Positions 29,483-40,629 of a stretch of DNA of 64,000 bases are shown piece by piece; the stretch's first letter is position 1; every line of letters begins with the position of its first letter. The stretch is from an uncultured delta proteobacterium (GTDB taxonomy: Bacteria; Myxococcota_A; Polyangia; Polyangiales; Polyangiaceae), in NCBI GenBank assembly GCA_963806225.1, contig CAWDXG010000004.1, positions 2,464,001-2,528,000 on the forward strand. The letters are read 5' to 3'. The position numbers were made by a program, and so were the translations under genes. Below the pieces are notes generated by a model, which searched no databases, was not told the DNA's origin, and worked only from the letters and a program-made list of their open reading frames with translations.

Positions 29483-30109
29483 TCAACGGAGCGCAGGATT
29501 CACGGTGTAGGTGCCGGTGACGGCGGCTTCACCGAGGATGTGACCATCCAGCGCGTTCATAACGGCGTCGCGATCGAACTCGCCCTGCACCGGGCACTTC
29601 TCGACATCCAGCGCGTACAGCGTGAAGCGGTAGCGGTGTATGAGCTCGTCGTTCCAGGGCGGCGCGGGTCCGTCGTAGCCGAACCAGGTGCCCTTCATGT
29701 TGTCGTCGGCCGCGAACCACATCGTGTAGTCGTTCTTGCCGTGGCGCGTGCCCCCGACACCCGCCGGCCCGCTCTTGCCGTGCGGCGTGACGCCCTTGCA
29801 GAACTCGCCTTCGGCAAGCGAACCCTTCGCAGGGTCGAGATCCACCAGCACCCAGTGCACGAAATTCGTCCTGGGAAGGCTGGCCGGAACGGTCATCCCT
29901 TCCTTGTTGACCTTCTCGGCACTGGTCGGCGCGTCCGGATCGACGCACGTCAGCACCAGCGATTTCGTCCCTTCGGGTAGATCCGCCCAGGCGATATGCG
30001 GGCTCAGATTGTCGGTGAACTCGACGTGGCTGTTGGGGTTCGGCTTGCACACCGCGAGCCGGTCCGGCATCGGCTCGCCATCCTTGAAGCTATCGCTCCA
30101 GATCCTCAT
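29483..30109 (-). CDS. YbhB/YbcL (PEBP, Raf kinase inhibitor-like) protein
   Basis: NLSPHIAW, DPDAP, FVHWVL, GYDGPAPP, HRYRFTLYALD. Confidence 0.92.
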   Translation of the reverse strand: MRIWSDSFKDGEPMPDRLAVCKPNPNSHVEFTDNLSPHIAWADLPEGTKSLVLTCVDPDAPTSAEKVNKEGMTVPASLPRTNFVHWVLVDLDPAKGSLAEGEFCKGVTPHGKSGPAGVGGTRHGKNDYTMWFAADDNMKGTWFGYDGPAPPWNDELIHRYRFTLYALDVEKCPVQGEFDRDAVMNALDGHILGEAAVTGTYTVNPALR

Positions 30110-30195
30110 GGTTCCCTCCTCTTCAAACGCTGTGAAAAGTCACCCGGGCGACAGGCTGTGTCCGCCGAACGCCGAGCACAAGCCCGGACAAGCGG

Positions 30196-31939
30196 TCAGA
30201 CCGTGTCCCAGGCGAAGCGCTCGAGCTCGAAGGCGTGGACGGCGAGCGACTTGATGAGCTCGTCGTCGTTTTCCTCGATGGCAGCGAAGTTCTGCTTCAC
30301 GCGGCGCTTGGCTTGACCGGAGTAGATGCGGAGGATCTCGAGCTCCCGCGCAGACGCCTCGGCGCCCTTGTCCGCAAGCGCGGTATTCACCCGGCTCATC
30401 ACGCAGGCGAGAACGAACAGGTCGATCATGATCTCGGCCAGTCGCCGGGACGCGAACTGCTTGCCGATGATGTTCTTGCCGTGCTTGCGCAGGATGCGGT
30501 CTGCCGCGGAAGCCAGGTCCCGCGTTGCCTCCTCGAACACCGCTGCCTGGTCGGCAAGAGCGGGATCGAGCAGCGTGAAGCGGCTCTTCTCGCCGCCGAT
30601 GCCGGTCATGAGTGTGGCCTGCTTCATGGCGTATTCGCGCATGACGCCAAAGCCCTTGATGGGATCGCTGAACACGCCGCGTGCGCTCTCGGCCAGCGCT
30701 TTCAGCTGCGTCGCCACGTCGCTCATCCCGGTCAGCGCGATGAACAGTCGCAGGATGTCGTTCGTACCCTCGAAGATGCGGTTGATGCGACAGTCGCGCA
30801 GGATGCGCTCGTACGGGTACTCGCACATGTAGCCGTTGCCGCCGGCGATCTGCAGCGCCTCGTCCGCGGTGCGCCACAGCGCCTCGCTGGCGAATACCTT
30901 GCTGATGGCGGCCTCGACCGCGTAGTCCTCGTAGCCCCGGTCGATGAGCGCCGCGACCATGCTCACCGCCGCCTCGGCCGCGTAGCAGTCGACGACCATC
31001 TGGCCGACCTTCTGCTTGATCAGGCCGTAGCTCGAGATGGGCTGACCGAATTGCGAGCGTTCGTTCGCCTGCTTGGTCGCCATCTCGATGAGCTTCTTCA
31101 TGGCCCCGACCGAACCGCCGCCGAGACCGGTGCGTCCGCTGTTGAGGACGTGCATGGCCATCTTGAAGCCCTTGCCCACCTCGCCCAGCACGTGATCTGC
31201 CGGCACCTGCACGTTGTCGAGGATCAGCGTAGTCGTGGAGCTGGCGCGAAGGCCCATCTTGTCCTCGTGCGGACCGGAGCTCACGCCCTCCATGTCGCCG
31301 GTCACGATGAAGGCCGTGAGATGCGGGCGCCCACCGTCTTCGCCGGTCTTGGCGAACACGGTGAAGAAGTCCGCAATGCCGCCGTTCGTGATCCACAGCT
31401 TGTTGCCGTTGATAACCCAGTGGTCGCCCTCTTTCTCCGCACGAGTCTTGATCGATGCGGCATCGGAACCGGCTCCGGGCTCGGTCAGGCAGAAGGCAGC
31501 GATCATCTCGCCGGTGGCCAGCTTCGGATAGTAGCGCGCGCGCTGCTCCTCGGTGCCGTACAGCAGCAGGCCGCGCATGCCGATCGAGCTGTGCGCGCCG
31601 ATCGTGACCGCCGTCGAGGCGTCGTACTTCGCCACCTCCTGCAGGGTGCGCGAGTAGGCCGCGCTGCCGAAGCCGAGCCCGCCGTGCTCCTCGGGGATCA
31701 CCAGCCCGAACAGGCCGAACTGCCTGAGCTCCTCGATGTAGTCCGGCGGAAACTCGCCGGCACGGTCCCACTTGCGGAAGTCCTCCGCGTGCGGCTCGAG
31801 CAGCGAGTGCATCGGGATCGACCAGACTGCGGATCGTCTCGCGCTCCTGCTCGGCCATCTCCGGGAACGGCAGGATGACGTGCTCCTCGATTTCGCCCAT
31901 GCACAGCGAACGGATGAAGCTGATGCTGGTATCGACCAC
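30196..31939 (-). CDS. VLCAD/ACAD9-like acyl-CoA dehydrogenase (frameshift near 31817)
   Basis: AFCLTEPGAGSDA, NKLWITNGG, DKMGLRASST, RDCRINRIFEGTNDILR and a C-terminal extension. The N-terminus (GTG 31939, AGGAGG RBS) is in the adjacent frame. Confidence 0.88.
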
Positions 31940-32012
31940 GATTGCCTCCTTGCGGCGGGGCCCGACAGACCCTGCCGCCTGGGTAGCACAGCGGCCCCGC
32001 GACGCCATTTTC

Positions 32013-32057
32013 CATTGACGACCATCATCTTCCGGGCCGTGCTCTGATCGTCTACTG
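32013..32057 (+). repeat. 45-bp element containing an FNR-like box (copy 1)
   Basis: CATTGACGACCATCATCTTCCGGGCCGTGCTCTGATCGTCTACTG, 40/45 identical to 45735-45779. Confidence 0.85.
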
Positions 32058-32083
32058 GCAGCACCCCGCGCCCGGCCTACAGG

Positions 32084-33109
32084 CTACTTGCACATGGCTG
32101 GATCCAGGAACGTGCACTGGCCGTTGACGCAGAAGGCCTGGGCCTGACAGGAGGGCCCTGCGACCAGGTCGCACGCCGCGCCGTCGGGGGCGGGCGCCTG
32201 GCAGATCCCCTGGGTCTGGTTGTCGGGGATGGCGCAGTGCCCGGAGTTCCTGCACAGGACGCCCGCTCCGCAGGGCTGCCCGGCATCCGCGAGCTGGTAC
32301 GTCTCGCAGACGTGCGTCGAGGGGTCGCAGTAGGCTCCGGCCCACGCATCGCACTCGCCGGCCGAGCAAAGCTTTCCCACTGCCAACGCTGGCGAACAGG
32401 TGCCCGAAGCGCACACCAGCCCCGAGGCGCAGTCGTTTGCACCCGAGCAAGCGTTCCCGGCCTGCACGGGCCCTGCGCACACGCCGTTGCTGTTGCACAC
32501 GAGCCCGGTCCAACATCCGCGACTCGTGGAACAGGCCTCGCCCGCCGCCGCACGCTCCGCACAGACGCCGCAGGGGGCGGACGGGGGCGACCACGTCACG
32601 CTGCAGTATCCGCTGTGGCACTGAGCGTCGCGGACGCAGGGCTTGCCGACCACCAGCGCGCCCACGGAATCGCAGGCATCGGGAACTGTCGTCCCGTGCA
32701 CGAACTCCGTGCAGTCGAGTTGGGACAAGGCCGCCGCGCACTCACCCACCTGTGCGGGCGTGTCCTGGACTCCGGGTGCGGCCGTTCCAAGCGTGCAGGT
32801 CTTCACCATGCGGGTGATGCAGGTCTGCAAGTTGCCGAACGAGGACTGGAGCTCGAAAGGCGAGCACTGCGCCAGCTTGTCGCAGAAGGCGGACTCCATC
32901 GAGTTGCAGTCACCGCTCGTGCTGCCGCCACTCCCGCCGCCGCTCCCGGCTTCGCTCGTGTTGCCGCCACTCCCGCCACTGCTTCCGGCTTCGCTCGCGC
33001 TGCCGCTACTTCCGCCGCTGCCGTTGCTGGTGCGGCCCCCGCAGGCGCTCACCACGAACAACGCGCACGCGGGAAGCAACATGCCCACCGGGAAACGATT
33101 CCGCATCAA
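32084..33109 (-). CDS. Cys-rich lipoprotein (Dickkopf-like Cys repeats)
   Basis: Lipobox VSAC, Gly/Ser linker, repeated G..C.....C..GL.C....C motifs. Confidence 0.75.
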   Translation of the reverse strand: MMRNRFPVGMLLPACALFVVSACGGRTSNGSGGSSGSASEAGSSGGSGGNTSEAGSGGGSGGSTSGDCNSMESAFCDKLAQCSPFELQSSFGNLQTCITRMVKTCTLGTAAPGVQDTPAQVGECAAALSQLDCTEFVHGTTVPDACDSVGALVVGKPCVRDAQCHSGYCSVTWSPPSAPCGVCAERAAAGEACSTSRGCWTGLVCNSNGVCAGPVQAGNACSGANDCASGLVCASGTCSPALAVGKLCSAGECDAWAGAYCDPSTHVCETYQLADAGQPCGAGVLCRNSGHCAIPDNQTQGICQAPAPDGAACDLVAGPSCQAQAFCVNGQCTFLDPAMCK

Positions 33110-33125
33110 TCGTTCTAGCTCCAGG

Positions 33126-35915
33126 CTAGTTGACCGAGCCGCACTTGCCGGGGCTGTTCAACCCGCAGACCTGGCCCGTGGGGCAGTTGCCGCAGTCGAG
33201 CGGACCGCCGCAGCCGTCGCCCGCGGGACCGCAGTCGATGTTCTGGTCCTGACAGGTCTCGGGCTTGCAGCTGCTGCCGCAGACACCCGGCGTGCCGCCA
33301 CCGCCGCAGGTCTGCCCGCTCGGGCACGGGCCGCAGTCGAGCGAGCCGCCGCAGCCGTCACCGGCAGGGCCGCATTGGATGTTCTGCTGTGCACAGGTCA
33401 GCTTGGTGCAGGTGCCGCCATCCGGCGCACCGCAGACCCCCGGCGTCCCGCCGCCGCCACAGGTCTGCCCGGCCGGGCAGTTGCCGCAGTCGAGCGAGCC
33501 GCCGCAGCCGTCGCCGGCAGGGCCGCACTGGATCCCCTGCTGCAGGCAGGTCAGGCCCGTGCACTGCGTCGTGCCGCACTTGCCGGGCGTGCCGCCGCCG
33601 CCGCAGGTCTGCCCGCTCGGGCAGGTGCCGCAATCGAGAAGGTTGCCGCAGCCGTCACCCGCGGGCCCGCAGTTGATGTTCTGCGCGGCGCACGTGGTCG
33701 GCGTGCAGAGCGGCGTGTAGGGCTGCACGCAAGCCGACAGGTCGAACAGCATGAACTCGAGGATCGCCTCCTGCGGCGTCATCGGCTTGGAGTCGCATTC
33801 CTGGGGGAATGTCATGCCGTGGCTGTAGTAGGGCGCCGCATTCGGCAGTGCGTAGGGGCACGCCGGGTAGTTGCCGGAGAAGCCGAGGGCGTCGGCGTGC
33901 CAGTCGCTGAAGACAGCTCGCCCGCACTGCGCCGAGGAGGCAGCGCCGACGGGGGTGTTGAAGGTGAAGTGTACGGGGGTTCCCGAACCCCGATACAGCC
34001 AGCGCTGCGTCGGCGACGTGACGCTGTCGGTGTTGTGGAAGACCGGATTGAGCGACACGGTGCCCGATCCCGTCGCCGACGCGCCCACGATCTCCAGCCA
34101 CTGCTTGAAGGCGTTGCCCTTGGGGTTGTTGACCAGGTCGATGCTGCTCGTCACCGCAGAGCCTTGCGGATCCTGCAGGGTGTGCCATGTGGCCACGTTC
34201 GGGTAGGCGGGGTTCGCCGTGACGTTGTTCGCGCTGAGACAGTAGCCCCCGCTGCAGTTGCCCCCCGCGCCGCAGTCGCTGTTCTTGGTGCACTTCTTGG
34301 TCTGCGCCAACCAATTGTAGGCAAAGTCGCTCATGAAGACGCGGCCGCCGGCCCCCGTGTATGCACCGAGCTTGCTCCAGTCCACCTGGTTGTTCTCTTC
34401 GTAGCCCTCGCACGCGAGCACGACCATGTCGTACTGATCGATGTTTGGCTGCCCACCCGTGCTGCCGAAGAGCGAAGCCTGGTTCGGCGTCGCATTGCTG
34501 ATCCTGGCGCCGGAACCGTAGGGGTTGGGCGGGCACGCGGCAGCGAAGGGCCCGAAGGGATTCGGCGGGACGGTGGGCTGCGCCGCGAGGTAGAGCTGGA
34601 TGTGCCCCGTGCCGCCCGGGTTCGTGAACTCGCTGTCCTGCACGCCCATCTTGCGCAGCACGCACTCGATCGGATCGAAGCCGCCGGTGAGGATGCCGAT
34701 CCGCGGGATGTCGCCCTGGTTGTGGTTCTTCGGCATCAAGAGCTTGCCGCCGCTGATGCCCGTACCGGTCACCGTGTTCGCGCCGCAGGAGGTCGACACG
34801 TTCACCGTGAACTGCCTGCGCCAGTGCCCGAGCTGGATCACGAGCGGGATGCTCGAGCCCACGGGCACGCCGCTGAGCGTGAAGGTGCCGTCGGGCTTGG
34901 TGTACGCCGTCACCAGCGGATCGCCAGCTGCGGTCGAACCGCAAACGTCGCAGGAAATTCCGGGCTGGAACGGCTGCAGCCCTGGATCGTTGGGGTTATT
35001 GGGAATGTAGACGAGCACGTTGTACAGCGGGTGCAGTCCGGCCGGGTCGTACACCGTTCCGCTGAGCGTCGTGGTCTTTCCCCCGGTACAGTTCGGGATC
35101 TGTGAACAGACGCCGGTACAGCCGCACTGGCCCGGCGTGCCGCCGCCGCCGCAGGTCTTGGGCGCGTTGCAGGAGCCGCAGGCGAGCATGCCGCCGCAGC
35201 CGTCGCCCGCCGGACCGCAGGTCACGTTCTGGCCGGCGCAGGTGAGAGGCTTGCAGGTCGGGTGCCCGCACTGGCCGGGCGTGCCGCCGCCGCCGCAGGT
35301 GTCGGGGGAAGTGCAGGAGCCGCAGCTGAGCGAGCCGCCGCAGCCGTCGCTAGCTTGACCGCACTGGATGCTCTGCTGTGCGCAGGTCAGCTTCTTGCAG
35401 CCGCCACCGTCGGGGACGACCTGCCCACACACGTTGGGCCCACCGAGGCCGCACCCCATGCCTGCTTCGCAGCTGCCGCAGTCGATCAGGGTGCCGCAGC
35501 CGTCGAGCACCTTGCCGCAGTCCTTGCCGAGATCAGCGCAGGTCTTTGGTGTACACGTTCCAGCGTCGGGGTTACCTGCCCCGCACTGGTTTGGCCCTGC
35601 GACGCCGCAGGCCTGGCCCGCGGGACACGTTCCGCAGTCGATGACGCCGCCGCACTTCGTATCGGTGGTCGTGCCGCAGTTGGCGCCCAGCTCCTGGCAC
35701 GTCGACGGGCAGCCGCCGCCGTCCATTGCGTCGCCCAGGCCCGAGTCGAACACGAGGCCGCCGTCGTTGCCGAGGCTGGTGTCGGGTCCGCTGTCGAACC
35801 CGCTGTCGAGGTTCCCCCCACCGCCCGATCCGTTCGAGCTGCTGGTGCTGGAGCCACATCCGACAAGAACGAATGCCCAGGCCACAAGGACAACTGCGGT
35901 AAGCCGCTTGAACAT
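33126..35915 (-). CDS. Large myxobacterial Cys-rich repeat lipoprotein with a central carboxypeptidase-regulatory-like domain
   Basis: Lipobox LVGC. About 9 copies of TC..Q.I.CGPAGDGCGG.L.CG.C....TCGGGG.PG.CG flank LSGTVYDPAG..PLYNV.VYIP...GTFTLSGVP...LVIQLG.WRRQ. Confidence 0.85.
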   Translation of the reverse strand: MFKRLTAVVLVAWAFVLVGCGSSTSSSNGSGGGGNLDSGFDSGPDTSLGNDGGLVFDSGLGDAMDGGGCPSTCQELGANCGTTTDTKCGGVIDCGTCPAGQACGVAGPNQCGAGNPDAGTCTPKTCADLGKDCGKVLDGCGTLIDCGSCEAGMGCGLGGPNVCGQVVPDGGGCKKLTCAQQSIQCGQASDGCGGSLSCGSCTSPDTCGGGGTPGQCGHPTCKPLTCAGQNVTCGPAGDGCGGMLACGSCNAPKTCGGGGTPGQCGCTGVCSQIPNCTGGKTTTLSGTVYDPAGLHPLYNVLVYIPNNPNDPGLQPFQPGISCDVCGSTAAGDPLVTAYTKPDGTFTLSGVPVGSSIPLVIQLGHWRRQFTVNVSTSCGANTVTGTGISGGKLLMPKNHNQGDIPRIGILTGGFDPIECVLRKMGVQDSEFTNPGGTGHIQLYLAAQPTVPPNPFGPFAAACPPNPYGSGARISNATPNQASLFGSTGGQPNIDQYDMVVLACEGYEENNQVDWSKLGAYTGAGGRVFMSDFAYNWLAQTKKCTKNSDCGAGGNCSGGYCLSANNVTANPAYPNVATWHTLQDPQGSAVTSSIDLVNNPKGNAFKQWLEIVGASATGSGTVSLNPVFHNTDSVTSPTQRWLYRGSGTPVHFTFNTPVGAASSAQCGRAVFSDWHADALGFSGNYPACPYALPNAAPYYSHGMTFPQECDSKPMTPQEAILEFMLFDLSACVQPYTPLCTPTTCAAQNINCGPAGDGCGNLLDCGTCPSGQTCGGGGTPGKCGTTQCTGLTCLQQGIQCGPAGDGCGGSLDCGNCPAGQTCGGGGTPGVCGAPDGGTCTKLTCAQQNIQCGPAGDGCGGSLDCGPCPSGQTCGGGGTPGVCGSSCKPETCQDQNIDCGPAGDGCGGPLDCGNCPTGQVCGLNSPGKCGSVN

Positions 35916-36216
35916 GGCGATACTCCTTGTCGGCGTCGCGGCCTGCGCAGGCGCGCCGACATTTGCGGAAGAAAAGAGCCCGGGATTATCCACGGCTGCG
36001 CGTACCTTCAGGGGCCTGGATTCGTCGCTACACTGCAGCTGGAATACAGACGCGTTGCGTCTGTGAGTCTACCACGTCGTCAGGGTGGAAGGGGACGCCG
36101 GTCCAGCGGGAACCGCGCTTCCGCGCGCCGGACAGCCGTTGCCGGCCGCCCCGGGGCGCGCGCGAAGGGCGCCCGGCCATGCTCCGTTCCAGCCTCGCTC
36201 CCCGTGGTGTCCACGC

Positions 36217-37422
36217 TCACGGCGACGTGATGTCGAGCGTGTAGGAACCCGTGGTGTTCGTGGCGTTCGTCGAACCGTCGACGATGACGTAGTAGGGAAC
36301 GCCGGCCGTCAGGTTCAAGGTGAGCGACTCGGTGCAGGAAGTGCACGCCTGATCGTCCGCACCCAGGCAACTGCTGTCGATCATGCCGCAGTCGTTGACG
36401 ACGTACAGCGTGGTGTCGAAGCTCGAACCGGTCAGCTTGAAGGTGTAGGACGCATCGGCCGAAGGCGTGAGCACGTACGACACATCGTTCGAGCCTGCGC
36501 CCTGGCCCGGCGCGTGACCTGGACAGGCGTTGTCGGGGTAGCTGTACTCCGAGTTGGCGCCCACCGTACTGCCGCTGTCGGTGTAGGGAACGGTGCCGAC
36601 TACCTTGGCGTCGGCGCACGAAGGTATGGCGACGGTCTCGGTGATATTCAGCGTGTAGCCGCTCCCTGTGCCCGCCGCAGGCGAGTAGCCGTCGACGATG
36701 ATGTAGTACGTCGTGCCGGCGTCGAACGTCATGGAGACTTCCTCGTAGCTGCCGCTCGGGTCTCCACCGCCCCAGGAGGTATCCTTGGCGACAATGCAGC
36801 TGCCCGCCGCATTCGAGCAATCGGTAGCGATGTACAACTTGGAAGCGAAGTCCCCCGGCCAGTTGCCCAGCGTCACGTGGTATTCTGTGGTTGTCGTTGG
36901 CGTCCACGCGTAAGCCCGCTCGTAGCCGCCGTCCGCAATGCCCATACAGCCGTCGAAGTTGTCCGACGCGCCGCTGAGGTCGCCAGTGGTCGAGGAGGAC
37001 CCCGGCATCAACGTGATCGCATTCGCACAGACGTTGTTGGTCACAGCGCCGCTGCCGCCTGTGCCCGCCGCGCCGCCTGTGCCCGCCGCGCCGCCCGTGC
37101 CCGCCGTGCCGCCCGTGCCCGCCGCGCCGCCCGTGCCCGCCGCGCCGCCCGTGCCCGCCGCGCCGCCCGTGCCCGCCGCGCCGCCCGTGCCCGCCGCGCC
37201 GCCTACACCGCTGTCGACGGCTCCGCCTTGTCCGCTGCCGCCCTGCGCGGCGCTTCCCGCGGCTCCGGCGCCACCGTCCGCGCCACCGCGCCCCGCGGCA
37301 CCCGCAATGTCGGCCCCGCCTCCGCCGCCGGCTCCGTCCTCGACCGCGACGAAGTTCGTGTTCTGGCCGCAGGCCACGACGGAAAGTGCGAAAAGGATGG
37401 CAGCTCGGGTTGTTGACCTCAT
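36217..37422 (-). CDS. Lipoprotein with Gly-rich linker and two tandem PPC-like beta domains
   Basis: Lipobox VVAC. Repeated F.(S/T).LY...DC......C....D...E......AG..YY(I/V)IVDG......G.YTL.I. Confidence 0.75.
   Translation of the reverse strand: MRSTTRAAILFALSVVACGQNTNFVAVEDGAGGGGGADIAGAAGRGGADGGAGAAGSAAQGGSGQGGAVDSGVGGAAGTGGAAGTGGAAGTGGAAGTGGAAGTGGTAGTGGAAGTGGAAGTGGSGAVTNNVCANAITLMPGSSSTTGDLSGASDNFDGCMGIADGGYERAYAWTPTTTTEYHVTLGNWPGDFASKLYIATDCSNAAGSCIVAKDTSWGGGDPSGSYEEVSMTFDAGTTYYIIVDGYSPAAGTGSGYTLNITETVAIPSCADAKVVGTVPYTDSGSTVGANSEYSYPDNACPGHAPGQGAGSNDVSYVLTPSADASYTFKLTGSSFDTTLYVVNDCGMIDSSCLGADDQACTSCTESLTLNLTAGVPYYVIVDGSTNATNTTGSYTLDITSP
37052..37204. repeat. 18-bp coding tandem repeat (about 8 copies of gtgcccgccgcgccgccc), encoding AAGTGG
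   Basis: Direct inspection of the sequence. Confidence 0.88.
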
Positions 37423-37459
37423 GGTGCGGTCTTCCCGTGTACGGCGGAAGGCGATCGGG

Positions 37460-38629
37460 TCACCCCGCCGGCCCGTCCAGGCAGATCACCAGCGATAGAC
37501 CGGGCTGGACGCGCCACGGAGTGAGCACATTCTCGGGACCGCTCGGTCGAACCACGGCGTAATGGGTGTCTTCCAACTGGAAATGCACCTGGACGACCAG
37601 CCCGAACCTGCCACCGCCAACCGAAAGCTGCGTGGCGGCGTAGATGTTCGCGACGGGTCGCGTCTCGGTATTGCCCGGCAGAGCGCGGGCAGGAGCGGTC
37701 GTGGTGGCCACGTAGTGGATGACGTCTGCGCCGATGCCGGCTCCGGTCTCGAAAGCGAAATCACCGACAGCGTGTCGAACGGCGGGACCGAGGCGAAAGC
37801 GCGCGCCGTCGATGCGCAGCGCGACGTTGCTCGCCGAGGGTTCCACCGGCAGAAGATACTGGGCCGAAAGCCATACGCCGGCGGCCGTCCGATGGCGCCC
37901 CCACAAGAGCGTGCCCCAGAGCTCCGGGCCATGTGCCAGTCCTTCCTCGCCGCGCGCGGTGATGCCGTAGCCCGAACCGACCGAATAGCGATAGTCCCGA
38001 GCGGGCGGGCGCGCCGGTGGAGCGGAACGCCGTGCGGTCGGGACCGCTCCGGGCGGCGCCATGTCCGCGGGCGGAGGGGGAAGCGGCGGGTTGGGCTGTT
38101 CGACGGGGGAAGCGGCGTAGCCGAGGTCTCGCTCGAGCTCCGCTCGGGGCGTATCGGCGGTGCCTTCCCACAACGCCAGCGCCGAGGCGTAGACCGCCTC
38201 CGAGACGCGCTCCTGGCCGATCTCGTCCAGACCATTGTCCAGGGGCACATCGCGCACCAGAAATCGCGGATGACGCTGGCCCGCCACAACGAAGTAGGTG
38301 TGCGCCGCCTCGAGCTTGCGTAGATCGATCCAGACCTCGACGCGGCGCTCGCTGTCGGTCGTCGCGGGAGACAAGACGCTTTCGGCGGAGAGGGTTGGCT
38401 CGTAGGCGAGGCTGACGGAAGTGCCGGCGCCGAACCAGCTCTGGAGGCCTTCCAGGAACGAGGGACCCGGCTTCGTCCCGACCACGACCACGTGCACCGC
38501 GGCGGGCGCCGCGTGAGCCGCGGCCGGCGCGCTGCTGGGCTGCCCCGACGCCACGCGGGTCGGAGCGCACACCATTGCGGGGATCGTCAGCAGCAGGGCG
38601 ACACGCTTCCGGCGCACCTCAATCCCCAA
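37460..38629 (-). CDS. Hypothetical exported protein with Pro-rich linker and a probable C-terminal outer-membrane beta-strand domain
   Basis: Signal-like N-terminus, Pro-rich middle, amphipathic beta-strand C-terminus. Lies in an ECF operon. Confidence 0.6.
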   Translation of the reverse strand: MGIEVRRKRVALLLTIPAMVCAPTRVASGQPSSAPAAAHAAPAAVHVVVVGTKPGPSFLEGLQSWFGAGTSVSLAYEPTLSAESVLSPATTDSERRVEVWIDLRKLEAAHTYFVVAGQRHPRFLVRDVPLDNGLDEIGQERVSEAVYASALALWEGTADTPRAELERDLGYAASPVEQPNPPLPPPPADMAPPGAVPTARRSAPPARPPARDYRYSVGSGYGITARGEEGLAHGPELWGTLLWGRHRTAAGVWLSAQYLLPVEPSASNVALRIDGARFRLGPAVRHAVGDFAFETGAGIGADVIHYVATTTAPARALPGNTETRPVANIYAATQLSVGGGRFGLVVQVHFQLEDTHYAVVRPSGPENVLTPWRVQPGLSLVICLDGPAG

Positions 38630-39503
38630 TCTCGGCTAGACGCTTGCGAGCGGCCTCGGCGTAGGCGGAGGCAGAGAAGCCCTCGGTCAAACGCTGAAGG
38701 GCCTGGCGTTCCCCGGCGACCCGTCCCAAGAGCCGGAGCGCGCGCGCTTCGCCCCACAGCGCTTCGGGCGCCATGGCGCCCCCTCGAAACCGCCGGAAGC
38801 ACTCGAGAGCCGACGACGCGTCACCGGCTCTCAGGTGGATCTCCCCGAGCGTCAAGGTTGCTTGTTGTGCTTCGGGGCTTGCCGCATGCGCGCGCACGAG
38901 CTGCTCGTATAGCCTCACGGCGTCCGCCGTTCGTCCCTCGCGCCGCGCCCGGTTCGCAGCCGTGAAGAGCTCGGCCGGGGTCTTGTCCGTTGCATGCCCA
39001 CTCGCTGGCGGCGCCACTGCCGGCATGCGGCGAGCATGGGGTGACGGCTCTGGGCTACCGGCATCGGGCGGCGCGGCGTCGAGCTGCACCGGAGTCGGCG
39101 CCGGTTGCCGTTGGGCAGTGGCCGGAGCGCTGCGCTTGGCGGCAACCGTCGTGCGAGGTGCCTGCGGTGGCGAATGCGAGATCCGGAGACCCAGCCATCG
39201 GCCCGCTGCCGCGGCGGTCGCGGTCGCCAGGATCAGCGCCGCCACCATCAGAACGCTTCGCGACGACCGCCGCAGCGTGGCCGAGCGCGGACGAGCCACC
39301 GCATCTGCCAGACGCGCTACCAGCTGCTCGTCTTCCGGCAGGATGGGGCTGGCAGCGTCGAACCCAAGACCGGCCTGGAACAGGAGCCCCGCTTCGCGCG
39401 AGCTGGCCAGCGCTTCATCCAGCTCGGCCTGTTCGGCGCTCGACAGCTCGCCGCGTCGCGCGCGGACGATCAGATCCTCGACGCATCGGCGTGTCAACGT
39501 CAT
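38619..39503 (-). CDS. Putative anti-sigma factor: N-terminal cytoplasmic domain, TM helix, Pro-rich linker, TPR domain
   Basis: ATGA overlap with the ECF sigma gene. TM VLMVAALILATATAAAAG. C-terminal LFTAANRARREG...A...YEQL...PEALWGEARAL TPR-like repeats. Confidence 0.7.
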   Translation of the reverse strand: MTLTRRCVEDLIVRARRGELSSAEQAELDEALASSREAGLLFQAGLGFDAASPILPEDEQLVARLADAVARPRSATLRRSSRSVLMVAALILATATAAAAGRWLGLRISHSPPQAPRTTVAAKRSAPATAQRQPAPTPVQLDAAPPDAGSPEPSPHARRMPAVAPPASGHATDKTPAELFTAANRARREGRTADAVRLYEQLVRAHAASPEAQQATLTLGEIHLRAGDASSALECFRRFRGGAMAPEALWGEARALRLLGRVAGERQALQRLTEGFSASAYAEAARKRLAEIGD

Positions 39504-40138
39504 GACACTTCTCCGATCGTTTCTGTCATGCAGGTGCCGTCGGCCACTCGCTTGCGCAACGCCTGCTTGGCCAGACGCAAGCGGCTTCGCACGGTTTCCG
39601 TGCTGACCGCAGTGCAGGCGGCGATCTCGGGCACCGTGTATCCGAGCGCGCAGTGCAGGGCCAGCGCTTCGGCTTGCGGTTCGGGCAGCGACCGGATGAG
39701 CTGGCGCACGATTTCGGTGGCTTCGCGCATGGCGGCCGTTTCCTCCGGGTCGGAGAGCGGGCTCGGCACAGCGTCGAGATCGCGCTCGGCGGAGCGCAGC
39801 GCAGCTCGTCTCTCTGCCGTTTCGTACCGCCACGAGTTCATCGCGGTCTGCACGGCGATGCGACACGAGAAATGCAGGACCGAGCATTCGCCGCGGAAGC
39901 GCGGCAGGGCGCGGACCACGTTGAAAGCCGCCTCCTGCGTGAGGTCCTCCACGTCGGGGTTGTCGGGACCGAGCATACGTCGGATCACGCGCAGCAAGGC
40001 CGGCCCGATCATCACCACGAAGGTGTGGACGGCCGCGGTTTCGCCGCGGCGCGCTCGATCGACCAGCATCGTCAGGTCGTCGTGCCGCGCCGGAGCCCGA
40101 GCCGGCGGAGACGTTCTGGATCCAAGAAGTTTCAGCAT
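39500..40138 (-). CDS. ECF-family RNA polymerase sigma factor
   Basis: Region 2 DVEDLTQEA...LPRFRGECS...IA and region 4 LPEPQAEALALH..LGYTVPEIA....VS.ETVRSRLRLAK. Confidence 0.92.
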   Translation of the reverse strand: MLKLLGSRTSPPARAPARHDDLTMLVDRARRGETAAVHTFVVMIGPALLRVIRRMLGPDNPDVEDLTQEAAFNVVRALPRFRGECSVLHFSCRIAVQTAMNSWRYETAERRAALRSAERDLDAVPSPLSDPEETAAMREATEIVRQLIRSLPEPQAEALALHCALGYTVPEIAACTAVSTETVRSRLRLAKQALRKRVADGTCMTETIGEVS

Positions 40139-40629
40139 CGTCGTAGCGGCGTCTTCACACAGAGATGTGTAGATTCGAGGCCAAACGGGTCACGACGAAC
40201 CCCCCACGTGCTGCGCCCGGACCAAGGCGTGCCAGCCACGGTCACTTCACAAAGAGAGTGCACGGCGGCTCCCCGAGCGATCCCGGACAGCATTCTACCC
40301 TGTTCGGTAAGGGGACAGCGACACCCGTGTCGGGCGCACGTTCTGGCCAGAGGGGCCCGCGAGCTCGTTGCGCCGGGCGAAGCATGACGCTGCTCAAGTC
40401 GACCGGCATGCCGGTCAGCAGCTTCGGGCCAACGCGGTGACCCGATCGGCGTCCGCTGTACACAGGAACACCGAATCGGGGAAATGCCCTTGTAGAACAC
40501 CGCGGGAGCGAGGTGGGGATGACACGTACCGGGGCCTACTTGACAGATGTCGACGCGGGATTGCGCGAGGCCGTCCGCGCACGCCCGCGCAGCGGCTTTC
40601 GTCGGAGCTTCGAAAGAAGGAAGGGTCTG

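Noticed and set aside
37052..37204. 18-bp tandem repeats (also near 4540 and 15950-16145) as non-coding VNTR or regulatory arrays
   Set aside because: They are in-frame codon repeats for Gly-rich linkers common in myxobacterial lipoproteins.
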